Below are positions 1 to 10,501 of a stretch of DNA of 64,000 nucleotides, piece by piece. Source of the stretch: an uncultured Chloroflexia bacterium (GTDB lineage: Bacteria; Chloroflexota; Limnocylindria; Limnocylindrales; CSP1-4); NCBI GenBank assembly GCA_963813535.1, contig CAWEZH010000003.1, positions 192,001 through 256,000 of the forward strand, in the 5' to 3' direction. The first letter of the stretch is position 1. Every line of letters starts with the position of its first letter. The position numbers and the translations under genes were made by a program. The notes below the pieces were generated by a model. The model worked only from the letters and a program-made list of their open reading frames with translations, made no database searches and was not told the DNA's origin.

Positions 1-687
1 CGGCTCGAGCGACTGGACGAGGCCGGTGTAGCGCAGCAGGGCGGAACGGATGGCCTGACGCCGCCACAGGAACATGCCGGCGTTCCACGCCGCGCCGGCG
101 ACGCGCTCGAACAGGTCCTCCGCGCGCGCGGGTTTCGGTTTCTCCTCGAACGCCTGGAGCGGATAGGCGCGGATCGGCGCTTCGGCCGGCCCGACGTCCT
201 CACCGCGTCCGAGATCCGGCAGCAGGTAGCCGTACTCCGTGGCCGGCCGGGTCACCTGTGTCCCCAGTGTCACGAGCGGGTCCTCGACGCCGAATGCACC
301 GGTCGCCAGGTCGGCGGCCGCGATCCGCAGGACGCCCTGGTACGTCCCCTCGCGATCTGGCGCGATATGGGCATCGGCCGGGATGACGAGCATGACCTCG
401 TCCATGGGCCGGTCGATGGCCGCGGTCGCCAAGGCGATCGCCGCCGCCGTGTTGCGACCCATCGGCTCGAGCAGCAGCGCGACGTCCGGGAGTTGATCGC
501 GGACGAGGCGCTCGTAGCGCCGGTCGGTGACGACGGTGATGTCGCCCGTCAGGGAACCCAACCGTCGCGCGGTCGCCTGGAGGAGCGTCTCGCCACCGAG
601 CAGCGGCAGGAATGGCTTCGGACGTTCGGAGCGACTCAGTGGATGGAGACGCGTCCCCCCGCCGCCGGCCATGATGACGGCATACAT
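1..687 (-). CDS. manC: Mannose-1-phosphate guanylyltransferase (N-terminal part; runs off the window edge)
   Basis: Manual translation from ATG at 687 gives MYAVIMAGGGGTRLHPLSRSERPKPFLPLL, with later GRNTA, PADAH, EYGY and WNAGMF motifs. Not in the ORF track because it is truncated. Confidence 0.9.
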   Translation of the reverse strand, partial: MYAVIMAGGGGTRLHPLSRSERPKPFLPLLGGETLLQATARRLGSLTGDITVVTDRRYERLVRDQLPDVALLLEPMGRNTAAAIALATAAIDRPMDEVMLVIPADAHIAPDREGTYQGVLRIAAADLATGAFGVEDPLVTLGTQVTRPATEYGYLLPDLGRGEDVGPAEAPIRAYPLQAFEEKPKPARAEDLFERVAGAAWNAGMFLWRRQAIRSALLRYTGLVQSLEP

Positions 688-733
688 GCGCCGACCATCG
701 TAGCGCCGCCCGGTGGCACCGAGCGGCCGCGCG

Positions 734-1645
734 TCACTGGGCGAGCACCACCCACTTGCCCTCCCAGGGGACGCTCCGCTGCCACTCGTGGTAGCGCGTG
801 AAGACCTCGCGGAACTGGGAGACGGTCAGGTACTTCCACGGCCAGCGGTCGCGGCTCGTGCCGAGCGGTCCACTGACGTACAGGCCCAGCAGCGTCTTCT
901 TCGACGGCTCGCTCCGGTCATACGTCTGCTTGTACCCGAGGACGACCCAGGCGTGCGTGCCGGAGAAGACGGTCACGCCGACCGGGTGACGGGTCTTCGC
1001 GATGGAGGCCGCGATGGAGGCGATCGCCTTGTCCTTGTTCGTGTAGGCGCGCGGGTAGTACGGCCGGCCGTTCGTGAAGTAGCGCAGCGACCAGCCCCAA
1101 CCCTGGGGATCGTTGCCGCGCGTCGCGTATCGGTACTTGTTGTGCTGGCGGGTCAACTTGTAGATGTAGCTCTGGCGCGAGTACGCCTTGTTGCTGGTCC
1201 CGAGCACGAGATTGGCCATCGTCTGCACCGTGGCCGGGACACACCAGTAGCCGGTGTACTGGCGGACCATCGCCGAGTAGCGGTAGAGGTTGCGGCTCTG
1301 GAGGACCGTGCCCGAGGTCGCCGCCGGCGTGGCGGTCGGCGACGGGCTGTCATCGTCGTCGTCGTTCGGCGTCGGCGGCTGGGTCGGGGGCTGGTAGGCG
1401 ACCTTGTTCGTCGGCTCCGGCGCTGACGTGGGTGCCGGTGTGGGCGACGCTGTCGGGGCCGCCGTCGGGGTCGGGCTCGGCGACGTGGTCGGCTCGGCCG
1501 CCGGCTCTGGTGTCGACTCGAGCGAGGGGGCCGGTGTTTCGTCGGCCGCGGCCGACCACGGCATCGCGCCGAGCGCCGTCAGGCCGAACGCGGCTGCGAG
1601 GATCACGCGGGGCAGGCGGGCACGCGCCGCCGGTCGTCGCTCCAT
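734..1645 (-). CDS. Secreted protein with Pro/Thr linker and C39-like (papain-fold) peptidase domain
   Basis: Signal peptide ending AAA-DE, PT-rich linker, then Q-x5-C (RQYTGYWCVPA) and HAWVVLGY. ATG at 1645 lies 6 nt after a TAGGCT -10. Confidence 0.65.
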   Translation of the reverse strand: MERRPAARARLPRVILAAAFGLTALGAMPWSAAADETPAPSLESTPEPAAEPTTSPSPTPTAAPTASPTPAPTSAPEPTNKVAYQPPTQPPTPNDDDDDSPSPTATPAATSGTVLQSRNLYRYSAMVRQYTGYWCVPATVQTMANLVLGTSNKAYSRQSYIYKLTRQHNKYRYATRGNDPQGWGWSLRYFTNGRPYYPRAYTNKDKAIASIAASIAKTRHPVGVTVFSGTHAWVVLGYKQTYDRSEPSKKTLLGLYVSGPLGTSRDRWPWKYLTVSQFREVFTRYHEWQRSVPWEGKWVVLAQ

Positions 1646-1737
1646 GACCACAGCCTACCGCCCGGGGGCCAGCCCCTGCGCCCTCCCCGATGGTCCCAAC
1701 CCGTTGCGAGCCGGCACCGGACCGCGACGTTCGCAGC

Positions 1738-2292
1738 TCAGTAGCTTGGCGGCGTGATGCAGAACAGCACGATCGCGCGGCCGGACCCGTGATTGACGTT
1801 CCAATGCGGGACGCGGGACGGATACGTGATCGCATCCCCCTCCCGCAGGACGTAGTGCTCGTCGGCGACCCACAGGTCGAGAACCCCCTCGAGGATGACC
1901 ACCACCTCCTCATCGGAGTCGTGCGTGTAGGGGTCCGCACCCGTGCCGCCACCCGGCTCGATCGTCGAAAGGATCACCTGGAGGCGTCCGGCGGCGTTCG
2001 ATGTGAGGAACTCGTCGACGGCCTTGAGGCCGGGATACGCGACCCGACGTCGCGCCTCCCGGCGGACGACCCGACCCGTGTCCGCATCCTCCGCGAACAG
2101 CTGGGCGATGGACAGGTCCAGCGCGCGGGCGATCCGATGGACGGTGGCGATCGACGGGCTGGTCACGTCCCGCTCGACCTGCGAAAGGAAGCTCTCGGTG
2201 ACCCCGGCGCGCTCCGCCACGTCGCGCAACGTCAGGCGACGCGCCTGGCGCAGCGAGCGGATGCGCGACCCCAGTTGGAGCTCCGTGACCAC
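1738..2292 (-). CDS. XRE-family HTH + cupin transcriptional regulator (PuuR-like)
   Basis: LGSRIRSLRQARRLTLRDVAERAGVTESFLSQVER HTH; cupin HDSDEE...LREGDAITYPSRVPH; divergent from the polyamine ABC operon. Confidence 0.9.
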   Translation of the reverse strand: MVTELQLGSRIRSLRQARRLTLRDVAERAGVTESFLSQVERDVTSPSIATVHRIARALDLSIAQLFAEDADTGRVVRREARRRVAYPGLKAVDEFLTSNAAGRLQVILSTIEPGGGTGADPYTHDSDEEVVVILEGVLDLWVADEHYVLREGDAITYPSRVPHWNVNHGSGRAIVLFCITPPSY

Positions 2293-2333
2293 GGTCCGGG
2301 CGTCCTCCGCTGCACGGGCGACCTGCGGTTCCG

Positions 2334-2350
2334 CTGAAGTATAGGTTCAG
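2334..2350. promoter_or_regulatory. Palindromic operator candidate CTGAA-N7-TTCAG overlapping the regulator's -10 (TATACT, minus strand)
   Basis: ctgaa gtatagg ttcag; same geometry as the site at 2449-2465. Confidence 0.55.
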
Positions 2351-2411
2351 GATGCCACGAGGACGCCGATTGGCAAGGGGCGGAGCCTGCGAGATTCGCA
2401 CGTCCTGCGCG

Positions 2412-2440
2412 TTGACGGTTGACGGCATCGCCCCTAGGAT
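2412..2440 (+). promoter_or_regulatory. Sigma70-type promoter of the pot operon
   Basis: TTGACG (2412-2417), 17-nt spacer, TAGGAT (2435-2440). Confidence 0.65.
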
Positions 2441-2448
2441 GCGGAGGC

Positions 2449-2465
2449 CTGTACCCCAGCTACAG
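2449..2465. promoter_or_regulatory. Palindromic operator candidate CTGTA-N7-TACAG just downstream of the pot promoter
   Basis: (c)ctgta ccccagc tacag(g). Confidence 0.55.
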
Positions 2466-2506
2466 GACCGCTGCTCGATGTCCGCACCATCGCGCGAGGA
2501 CCGCCG

Positions 2507-3685
2507 TTGACCGCTTCCCCGACGATCGACGCCCGGCCTGACCATCCGTCGACTCCTGCCCCCCAGCGGGCCGGCGCACCGGATGTCCAGATCCAGCGTG
2601 TCACCAAGCGCTTCGGATCGGTCACGGCCGTCGACGGCATGGACCTGTCGATCGAGCATGGCGAGTTCTACTCGCTGCTCGGGCCGTCGGGCTGCGGCAA
2701 GACCACCACCCTGCGCATGATCGCCGGCTTCGAGCAGCCGACCGAGGGCGAGATCTTCCTCGCCGGCAAGCCGATCGCTGGAGTGCCGCCCTATCAGCGC
2801 AACGTCAACACGGTCTTCCAGCACTACGCGCTATTCCCCCACATGGACGTCGCACAGAACGTCGGCTACGGCCTCCGCCAGCGCAAAGTGGACAAGAAGG
2901 AGGAGGAGCGCCGCGTCACCGAGGCGCTCGGGCTGGTGCGCCTGTCCGGCTACGACAAGCGCCGGACCTGGGAGATGTCCGGCGGCCAGCAGCAGCGAGT
3001 CGCCCTGGCTCGCGCGCTGGTGAACCGCCCGACCGTCCTGCTCCTCGACGAGCCGCTCGGCGCGCTCGACCTCAAGCTCCGCAAGGAGATGCAGCTCGAG
3101 CTGAAGGCGCTCCAGCGCGAGGTCGGGATCACCTTCGTGTACGTGACCCACGACCAGGAAGAGGCATTGACGATGAGCGACGTCATCGTCGTGATGCGTG
3201 ACGGCCTGGTCCAGCAGAAGGGCGATCCGACCACGCTGTACGAGCGGCCGGTCAACCGCTTCGTCGCCGATTTCATCGGGACGTCGAACTTCATGGAAGC
3301 CACGGTCGTCGAGGATCTCGGCGATGGCCGGGTCGCGGTGCGGAGCGGCGGCGGAGTGACGCTCCGCGGCGGCCTGACCGACCCGGGTCACACGGCGAGC
3401 GCCGGCGATGCCGTCGTCGTGGCGACCCGACCGGAACGCCTCGAAGTGGTGCCTGCCGACGCCGCATCGCCCGCGGGTGCCGGTATCACGCAGATCCGGG
3501 GCAGGGTCCAGCAAGGGACCTACCTGGGCGACCAGACGGAATACCGCGTCGACACGGAGGAGGCGGGCGAGCTGATCGTGCGCCATCAGAATGCCGCGGG
3601 CGCCGGGGGCGCCCCCGGGGTCGGTCCGGGTGACCCGGTGGTCGTCCGGTGGCAAGAGGAGGCGAACCTCATCCTCGCTGGATGA
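2507..3685 (+). CDS. potA: Spermidine/putrescine-type ABC transporter ATP-binding protein
   Basis: Walker A GPSGCGKTT, NTVFQHYALFPHM, SGGQQQRVALARAL, LLLDEPLGALD, C-terminal TOBE-like region. Confidence 0.9.
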   Translation: MTASPTIDARPDHPSTPAPQRAGAPDVQIQRVTKRFGSVTAVDGMDLSIEHGEFYSLLGPSGCGKTTTLRMIAGFEQPTEGEIFLAGKPIAGVPPYQRNVNTVFQHYALFPHMDVAQNVGYGLRQRKVDKKEEERRVTEALGLVRLSGYDKRRTWEMSGGQQQRVALARALVNRPTVLLLDEPLGALDLKLRKEMQLELKALQREVGITFVYVTHDQEEALTMSDVIVVMRDGLVQQKGDPTTLYERPVNRFVADFIGTSNFMEATVVEDLGDGRVAVRSGGGVTLRGGLTDPGHTASAGDAVVVATRPERLEVVPADAASPAGAGITQIRGRVQQGTYLGDQTEYRVDTEEAGELIVRHQNAAGAGGAPGVGPGDPVVVRWQEEANLILAG

Positions 3686-3726
3686 GGCGGCCAGGGCCCG
3701 GGTCGACCGGGAGGAGGAGATCGATC

Positions 3727-4959
3727 GTGGCAGACCAGGAGATCGAACGGGTCATCCGGCGCATCCAGAGTCTCGAGCGCGTGCCGCTCAGTCGCCGGGG
3801 CTTCATGTGGGCGAGCGCCATGTCGGCGAGCGTTGCGTTCCTCGCGGCCTGCGGTGGCGGGACGACCGCGTCGTCGGCCCCCTCGGCCGCCCCGAGCGCG
3901 GCGCCGCCGGCCAGCGGCGCGTCCGGCGCGCCTGCGGCCGAGGCGTCCTTCGCGACCGAGGGCGCCCTGTTCATGTACAACTGGGCGGAGTACATCGACC
4001 TCGAGAACATCGAGGAGTACAAGGCGCGCTACAACATCGGCGAGTTCACCTACGACATCTACGACTCGAACGAGGCGCTCCTGACGAAGCTCGATGGCGG
4101 AGCCACCGGGCTGTACGACATCGCTTCGCCGACGGCCGAATTCGTCAAGGTCATGGCGGACAAGGGCTACATCGTCGAGCTGCCATTCGACCGCCTGCCG
4201 AATGCCGCCAAGGTCAGGCCCGACTTCCAGAACTTCTACGACCCCAATGGTCCCGACGCCAAGTACAACGGCTACCACATCCCGAAGGACTGGGGCACGA
4301 CCGGGATCGCGATGCGCAAGAAGGTCGTGACCGAGGACATCAAGACCTGGAAGCAGTTCTTCGAGGTGGCCCCGAAGTACTCGGGCCGGATCGTGATGGT
4401 GGAGTCCGCCGGCGACGTGTTCACCGCGCCGCTCAAGGCACTCGGCTTCTCGCTCAACTCTACCGACCCGGCCGAGCTCGGGGAGGCACGCAAGCTCCTG
4501 CAGGGGATCGCCCCGCACGTCCTTGCCCTCGACTCGAACGACTATGGCGACAAGCTCGCCACCGAGGAGGCGGTCCTTGGCCTCGTCTGGACCGGGGGTG
4601 TCGTGAGCCTCCGCGATGAGCCCGAGACCGCCGATATCGAGTACATCATCCCCGAGGATGGGACGCTCTTCTGGCTGGATACGTGGGTGCAGCTCACGGA
4701 CGCTCCGCATCCTGAAGCCGGCCTCGCCTGGCTGAATTTCATCCACGAGCCGGCGATCCAGGCCAAGGAGACCGAGACCAACCGCTACGCCACTGCCAAC
4801 GACGAGGCAAAGGCTCTCGTCGCTCCTGAGATCCTGAACGACCCGACGGTCTTCGTCCCGGACGAGCTCCTCCCCAGCCTCGAGGGAGCCCAGGACGTCT
4901 CGACCGACCCGCTTCGTGTCGAGATCTGGGAGGAGTTCAGCTCCAGCATCGGCGGCTAG
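3727..4959 (+). CDS. potD: Polyamine ABC substrate-binding lipoprotein (PotD/PotF family) with Tat signal
   Basis: GTG after GAGGAGGAG RBS; SRRGFM twin-arginine motif plus FLAAC lipobox; YNWAEYID, YDSNE, WGTTGI and PEDGTLFWLD motifs. Confidence 0.85.
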   Translation: MADQEIERVIRRIQSLERVPLSRRGFMWASAMSASVAFLAACGGGTTASSAPSAAPSAAPPASGASGAPAAEASFATEGALFMYNWAEYIDLENIEEYKARYNIGEFTYDIYDSNEALLTKLDGGATGLYDIASPTAEFVKVMADKGYIVELPFDRLPNAAKVRPDFQNFYDPNGPDAKYNGYHIPKDWGTTGIAMRKKVVTEDIKTWKQFFEVAPKYSGRIVMVESAGDVFTAPLKALGFSLNSTDPAELGEARKLLQGIAPHVLALDSNDYGDKLATEEAVLGLVWTGGVVSLRDEPETADIEYIIPEDGTLFWLDTWVQLTDAPHPEAGLAWLNFIHEPAIQAKETETNRYATANDEAKALVAPEILNDPTVFVPDELLPSLEGAQDVSTDPLRVEIWEEFSSSIGG

Positions 4960-4979
4960 GCGGGAGCGGACCTGATCCG

Positions 4980-5885
4980 ATGACGACGGCAGCGCCCGCC
5001 GCACCGCTACCGGCGCGCGAACCGGCACCCGCGAAAGGGGGCGGTCGTCTGCTGACGGCCGCCCTCATGCTGCCGGCTTCGCTCTGGTATCTGATCCTGC
5101 TGGTCCTGCCGATCGCGATCGTCATCCTGTTCAGCTTCGGTGACCGCAGCCCGACCGGTGGGTACGCCGGCGGCTTCACCCTCCAGAACTACGCCACGAT
5201 CATCCGGAGCCCGGACCCGTTCATCACCAGCATCATGCTGGCGGTCCTCGGCACCGTCCTCTGCCTCGCGGTCGGTCTGCCGCTCGCCTACTACATCGCG
5301 ACGCGTGGCGGGGATCGGAAAGCGCTGTTCATCATCCTGCTCGTCATCCCCTTCTGGACGAGCTTCCTCATCCGGACGTACGCCTGGATCGTGATCCTCG
5401 GACCAGACGGGATCGCCGGATACATCGCAGACGCGACCGGCAACCGGACGTTCCGCATCCTCGGCACCGAGGCGGGTGTGCTCATCGGCCTCGTGTACGG
5501 CTATCTGCCGCTGATGGTGTTCCCGCTCTACGTGACGCTCGAGAGGATCGACCGCACGCTGATCGAGGCCTCCAAGGACCTCGGTGCCGGACGGTTCGCG
5601 TCCTTCCGCCAGATCACCCTACCGATGGCCCTCCCGGGTCTGATCACCGGCAGCATCCTCGTGTTCATCCCGATGATGGGTGAGTACGTGATCCCGGAGA
5701 TCCTCGGCTACGGCCGCGTCTTCACGATCGGGAACTCGCTGGTCCTGCGCTTCTTCGACGCGCGCAATTGGCCGGCCGGGTCAGCGCAGGCAGTCGGGCT
5801 GATCCTCGTCATGTTCATCAGCGTGACGTTCTACGTGTGGTTCACGAACCGCGGTCGGCACGGTCGTGACGTGAGCGTCCTGTGA
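4980..5885 (+). CDS. potB: Polyamine ABC permease
   Basis: PFWTSFLIRTYAW, YLPLMVFPLY, EASKDLGA EAA loop. Confidence 0.88.
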   Translation: MTTAAPAAPLPAREPAPAKGGGRLLTAALMLPASLWYLILLVLPIAIVILFSFGDRSPTGGYAGGFTLQNYATIIRSPDPFITSIMLAVLGTVLCLAVGLPLAYYIATRGGDRKALFIILLVIPFWTSFLIRTYAWIVILGPDGIAGYIADATGNRTFRILGTEAGVLIGLVYGYLPLMVFPLYVTLERIDRTLIEASKDLGAGRFASFRQITLPMALPGLITGSILVFIPMMGEYVIPEILGYGRVFTIGNSLVLRFFDARNWPAGSAQAVGLILVMFISVTFYVWFTNRGRHGRDVSVL

Positions 5886-6835
5886 CGGCTCCATCGGTCT
5901 CCATCCCCGCCCCGCGCACGCTCGGTGGACGGGCTCGCGCGGGCACCGACCGATTCGGCGGGCTCGTCGAGGCGTGGCTCCGTGGCCATACCGCGCTCGT
6001 CTACCTGTTCCTGTACATCCCGATCGTCATCGTCGTGGTGTTCAGCTTCAACGCCACCGAGCGACGGCTGACCGACTGGGACGGGTTCAGCCTGCGCTGG
6101 TACGAGTACGTGCTCAACAACCGCGAGGTCCAGCGCTACCTCGGGAACAGCCTCATCGTGGGCTTCGGGACGGCCGTGGTCGCGACGATCGTCGGGACGA
6201 TGGCGGCGCTGGGCCTCCAGCGAACGCCCAAGTGGTTCCGCTTGCCGTTCGATGCGCTGACCTACGTGAGCGTCATCGTCCCCGAGCTCGTCATCGCCGT
6301 CGCCACGCTCGTCTTCTTCGCCAGCACCATCGGCCGGGACGGCATCCTGACCAATGCCACGGGCGTCGAGATCGGGTTCGGCTTCCACACGATGATCGGG
6401 GCGCTCTCCCTGTTCAACATCAGCCTCGTCCTGTTGCTCGTACGGGCGCGGCTGTCGGGCATGGATCGCACCCACGTCGAGGCGAGCTACGACCTGTACG
6501 GCACGCCCTGGCGCACGTTCTGGCAGATCACGTTCCCGCAGCTGCTGCCGGCCATCGTGGCGGGCTTCCTGCTGTCGTTCACCTTCGCCTTCGACGACTA
6601 CCTGATCTCGACCTTCGTGAACGGTCGGGGCACCTCGACATTGCCGCTCTACGTCTTCGGCCAGATCCGGGTGGGGGTCACACCGTCGACGAACGCCATC
6701 GCCGCCGTGATGCTGCTGATCACGCTCGGCGTCCTCCTGATCGGCCAGTTCTTCCTGTCGCGCAACGCCCGCCGAGCCGGCGCGAAGGGCGGCGGGGTGG
6801 CCGGGATCGTCGCCGAGAACGCCGGCGGCGGTTGA
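5882..6835 (+). CDS. potC: Polyamine ABC permease
   Basis: FLYIPI...FSFN, FSLRWY, EASYDL, FTFAFDD; GTGA overlap with potB. Confidence 0.88.
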   Translation: MTAPSVSIPAPRTLGGRARAGTDRFGGLVEAWLRGHTALVYLFLYIPIVIVVVFSFNATERRLTDWDGFSLRWYEYVLNNREVQRYLGNSLIVGFGTAVVATIVGTMAALGLQRTPKWFRLPFDALTYVSVIVPELVIAVATLVFFASTIGRDGILTNATGVEIGFGFHTMIGALSLFNISLVLLLVRARLSGMDRTHVEASYDLYGTPWRTFWQITFPQLLPAIVAGFLLSFTFAFDDYLISTFVNGRGTSTLPLYVFGQIRVGVTPSTNAIAAVMLLITLGVLLIGQFFLSRNARRAGAKGGGVAGIVAENAGGG

Positions 6836-6863
6836 GGGCGGTCTGCCGTGGCGAGCGCCGGGC

Positions 6864-7595
6864 CTAGTCGAGCAGGGTCAGGGCGAACGCCACGCCGAAG
6901 CCCAGCGTCGTCAGCAGTCCGGCCGCGCTGCCGGCGTGCTCGTACGCCTCGGGGACGAGGGTGTCTGCGAGCATCGTGAGGATCGCTCCGCCCGCGAAGC
7001 CCAGGATGAACGCGCGCAGCTCGCCCTGACCGCCGCCCAGGAGCGCCGAGCCGACGAAGGCCGCAGCGGCCGACGCCGCCACCACGACCAGCCACAGCCG
7101 GATGATCCGGCCCGGCGCCCAGCCCCCCGCTCGCAGCCCGACCGTGCCGGCGATCCCCTCAGGCAGGTTCGACAGATAGACGGCGACCAGGAACGCGAAA
7201 CCACCGCCACCCGCCCCGATCGTGAGCCCGAGCACGAGCAATTCGGGGATCCCGTCGAGGGCTGCGCCGAGGACGATCGCCAACCCGGACTCGGGCGATG
7301 CGGGGCCATGCACGCTGCCCATGCCCTTGGCACCCATCCGGTCGATCAGCTCGTTGCCGACGAAGAACGTCGTGGCGCCCAGTGCGAGTCCGGCCGCCAT
7401 CGGCAGCTGGCCGCCGACGGCGACGGCCTCCTCCACCAGCTCGTACGCCACCGAGCTGAAGAGCACGCCCGAGCCGAATGCCATGATCAGACCGAGCGTG
7501 CGACTCGAGACCGGCCGGACGAGGGCGACCACCGCCCCGACGACGAGCGACGAAGCGGCGACGGCGCCCCAGCCGGCCGCGAGCAGGGCGTCCAC
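6864..7595 (-). CDS. ZIP-family metal transporter-like membrane protein
   Basis: MAFGSGVL, LDGIPE, SNLPEG, AGGAILTMLADTLVPEA motifs; start abuts the metK stop. Confidence 0.8.
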   Translation of the reverse strand: MDALLAAGWGAVAASSLVVGAVVALVRPVSSRTLGLIMAFGSGVLFSSVAYELVEEAVAVGGQLPMAAGLALGATTFFVGNELIDRMGAKGMGSVHGPASPESGLAIVLGAALDGIPELLVLGLTIGAGGGGFAFLVAVYLSNLPEGIAGTVGLRAGGWAPGRIIRLWLVVVAASAAAAFVGSALLGGGQGELRAFILGFAGGAILTMLADTLVPEAYEHAGSAAGLLTTLGFGVAFALTLLD

Positions 7596-8825
7596 TCAGC
7601 CCGCGGGGATCGCCTCCAGCTCCGGCTCGGGGAGGCCGGCGTCGGCCGCGAGCAGGGCGGCCTTGTCGGTGCGCTCCCAGGGAAGGTCGAGGTCCGGCCG
7701 GCCGAAGTGGCCGTACGCGGCCGTCTGCCGGTACAGCGGCCGGCGCAGGTCCAGCGCGGCGATGATGGACGCCGGGCGCAGGTCGAAATGCCGCTCGACC
7801 AATGCCTGGATGGCGGCGTCGTCGATGCGGCCGGTCCCGAACGAGTCGACGCTGAAGCTGATCGGCCGCGCGATGCCGATGCCATAGGCGACCTCGACCT
7901 CGAACCGATCCGCGAGGCCAGCCGCGACGACGTTCTTGGCCACCCAGCGGGCCGCGTACGCGGCGGACCGGTCGACCTTGGTCGGATCCTTGCCCGAGAA
8001 CGCGCCCCCGCCGTGGCGTGCCATCCCGCCATACGTGTCCACGATGATCTTGCGACCCGTCAGACCTGCGTCACCCATCGGCCCACCGGTGACGAAGCGG
8101 CCGGTCGGGTTGACGTGCATGACCGGGTCCACGTCGCGCAGCTCCCGCGGGATCGACGGCAGGATCACCGACTCGACGATGTCGGAGCGGAGCCGCTCGG
8201 GCCGCGCGTCGGGATCGTGCTGCGCGGACACGACCACGGTCTTGACCCGCACCGGGACGCCGTGCGCGTACTCGACGGTGACCTGGGTCTTGCCATCGGG
8301 GCGCAGGTAGGGCAGCTGCCCCGAGCGGCGGGCCTCGGACAGCCGGCGGGCCATGCGGTGGGCGAGGGCGATCGGCAGCGGCATCAGCTCGGGCGTCTCG
8401 CGACAGGCGAACCCGAACATCATCCCCTGGTCGCCGGCCCCGAGCTCGAACGCCGGCGCGGCGTCATCGCGGACCTCCAGCGCGGCATCGACACCCTGGG
8501 CGATGTCCGGTGACTGGCCCTTGACCGACACGAGCGTCCCGCAGGTCTGGTAGTCGAAGCCGTAGTCGGCCCGGGTGTAGCCGATGTCGCGGACGGTGTC
8601 GCGGACGATCTCCTGGAAGTCGATGTAGGTGTGCGTCGAGATCTCGCCAAGCACGAGGACGAGGCCGGTCGTCGTCGCCGTCTCGCACGCGACACGGGCT
8701 TCCGGATCCTCGCGGATGATGGCGTCCAGGATGGCGTCCGAGATCTGGTCGCACATCTTGTCGGGATGACCCTCGGTCACGGATTCCGAGGTGAACAGGT
8801 ACTGCGCGGCGTCGACGATGCTCAT
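7596..8825 (-). CDS. metK: S-adenosylmethionine synthetase
   Basis: [41 protein letters not shown]; start trimmed to MSIVDAAQY. Confidence 0.97.
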   Translation of the reverse strand: MSIVDAAQYLFTSESVTEGHPDKMCDQISDAILDAIIREDPEARVACETATTTGLVLVLGEISTHTYIDFQEIVRDTVRDIGYTRADYGFDYQTCGTLVSVKGQSPDIAQGVDAALEVRDDAAPAFELGAGDQGMMFGFACRETPELMPLPIALAHRMARRLSEARRSGQLPYLRPDGKTQVTVEYAHGVPVRVKTVVVSAQHDPDARPERLRSDIVESVILPSIPRELRDVDPVMHVNPTGRFVTGGPMGDAGLTGRKIIVDTYGGMARHGGGAFSGKDPTKVDRSAAYAARWVAKNVVAAGLADRFEVEVAYGIGIARPISFSVDSFGTGRIDDAAIQALVERHFDLRPASIIAALDLRRPLYRQTAAYGHFGRPDLDLPWERTDKAALLAADAGLPEPELEAIPAG

Positions 8826-8877
8826 CGCGCCGAAGGGTAGCACTCCACCCGGGCCCGTTACCGCGGCGGGGTCGGCG

Positions 8878-10465
8878 TCAGGCCCCGGTGCGCACGGCCT
8901 CGAGGTCCAGCTCCACCTCGATGCGACGGAGCGTCTCGTCATTGATGACGCCGTCGTCGCGGAGCTGGATCACCGCCTCACGTTGGACGAGCAGGACCGC
9001 GGTCCGGATCGCCCGATGATCCAGCGCCTCCTGCGCGGCTTCGTCGATGGTCACATGCTCGCCCGGCGAGACGTGGGTCACCTCATGCTCGAGCTCGTCG
9101 CGGATCTGGTCGATGAGCGGCAGGTGATCGGGGTATTCGGCGCGCAGCTCCTCGAGACGGGCCAACCCTGCATCGGCCGCGGCGAGCCGAGCATGGGTCT
9201 CCTCGGACTCGAGGCCATCGTCGGACGACCGTACGCCGAGCGCGCGGATCAGCCACGGCAGCGTGAGACCCTGGCCGACCAGTGTCGCGACGATCACGCA
9301 GAACGTGAGATACAGGATCAACGGTCGCTGCGGGAAGTCCGCCGCCAGGGCGAGGGCCGCCGCGAGCGACACGACCCCGCGCATCCCTGCCCAGGACACG
9401 ATGAAGACCGCGCGCGCCGGCGGATACGGGTCGCGGGCCCGCAGCTTGGCGCTGAGGAATCGCGGGACATAACTCGCCGGGAAGACCCAGACGATCCGGG
9501 TGACGATGACGACCAGGCTGACCACCACGCCGTACCAGACCAGGACCTCGGGCGGCGTCTCCGACAGGCCGTCGAGGATGGATGGCGAGCTGCAGGCCGA
9601 TGAACAGGAACACGAACGCATTGATCGCCCAGATGACGATCTGCCACGCGCCGCTCCCCAGCAAGCGGGCATCGGGCGACAGGACCCTGGCGGCTCGCCG
9701 TCCGGTGATCAGGCCGGCGACGACCGTGGCCAGCACACCGGACAGCCCGAACCGCTCGGCGGCGAGGTAGGCAGTCGCGGGCGCGATGAGCGTCACGACG
9801 ATCTCCAGCCGTGGATCGCCCGTCCGCTGGAGCAGGGCGGTGATGACCAAGCCGATGACGGCGCCCACCAGGACGCCGCCGATGCCGATGACGGCAAAGT
9901 CGAGCGTCGAGCCGATCAGCGAGAACGTCATGAGCCCCAGCGCAACGGACGACGCCGCGCGGTAGGCGGTGAGCGACGTGGCGTCGTTGACCAGGCTCTC
10001 GCCCTCGAGGATGGTGACGATCCGGCGCGGCACGCCCAGGCGCTGGAAGATCGCGGTCGCGGCGACCGCGTCCGGCGGGGCGACGATGGCGCCCAGCGTC
10101 AAGGCCGCTGCGAGCCCCATGCCCGGGACCATGGCGTTGACCACGACGCCGACGGCGAGCGTCGTGAACAGCACCAGGCCGACGGCCAGGAGCAGGATGG
10201 GCCGCGCATTCGCCTTGAAATCACGGATCGGCGTGAAATAGGCCGCCGCGAACAGGATCGGCGGCAGGAACAACACGAACACGACGTCCGGTGCGAGCTC
10301 GACGCTGGGGAGGTCCGCGACCAGCCCCAGCACCACGCCCGCCGCCAGGAGCAGGATCGGCTCGATGACACGGATGCGTCGGGCGACGTACGACATCGCG
10401 ACGGCCACGGCGAGCATGGCGAGCACGAGTTCGATGGTTTCGAGGGCGTGATCGGTGGGCGGCAC
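8878..10465 (-). pseudogene. Na+/H+ antiporter (CPA1/NhaP family) split by a +1 frameshift near 9586 (probable sequencing indel)
   Basis: The N-terminal frame (FLPPILF, GAIVAPPDAVA, LEGESLVNDA, FLFIGLQL) continues in another frame as PSILDG...SWAGMRGVVSLAAAL...ELDLE. Confidence 0.85.
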
Positions 10466-10501
10466 GGTCAGATGGGCTCGGAGCGGCCGGGGATCAGGCC
10501 G

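Noticed and set aside
8826-8880. SAM riboswitch upstream of metK
   Set aside because: Only about 50 nt of intergenic space, with a -10 element right before the ATG and no SAM-I or SAM-IV core.
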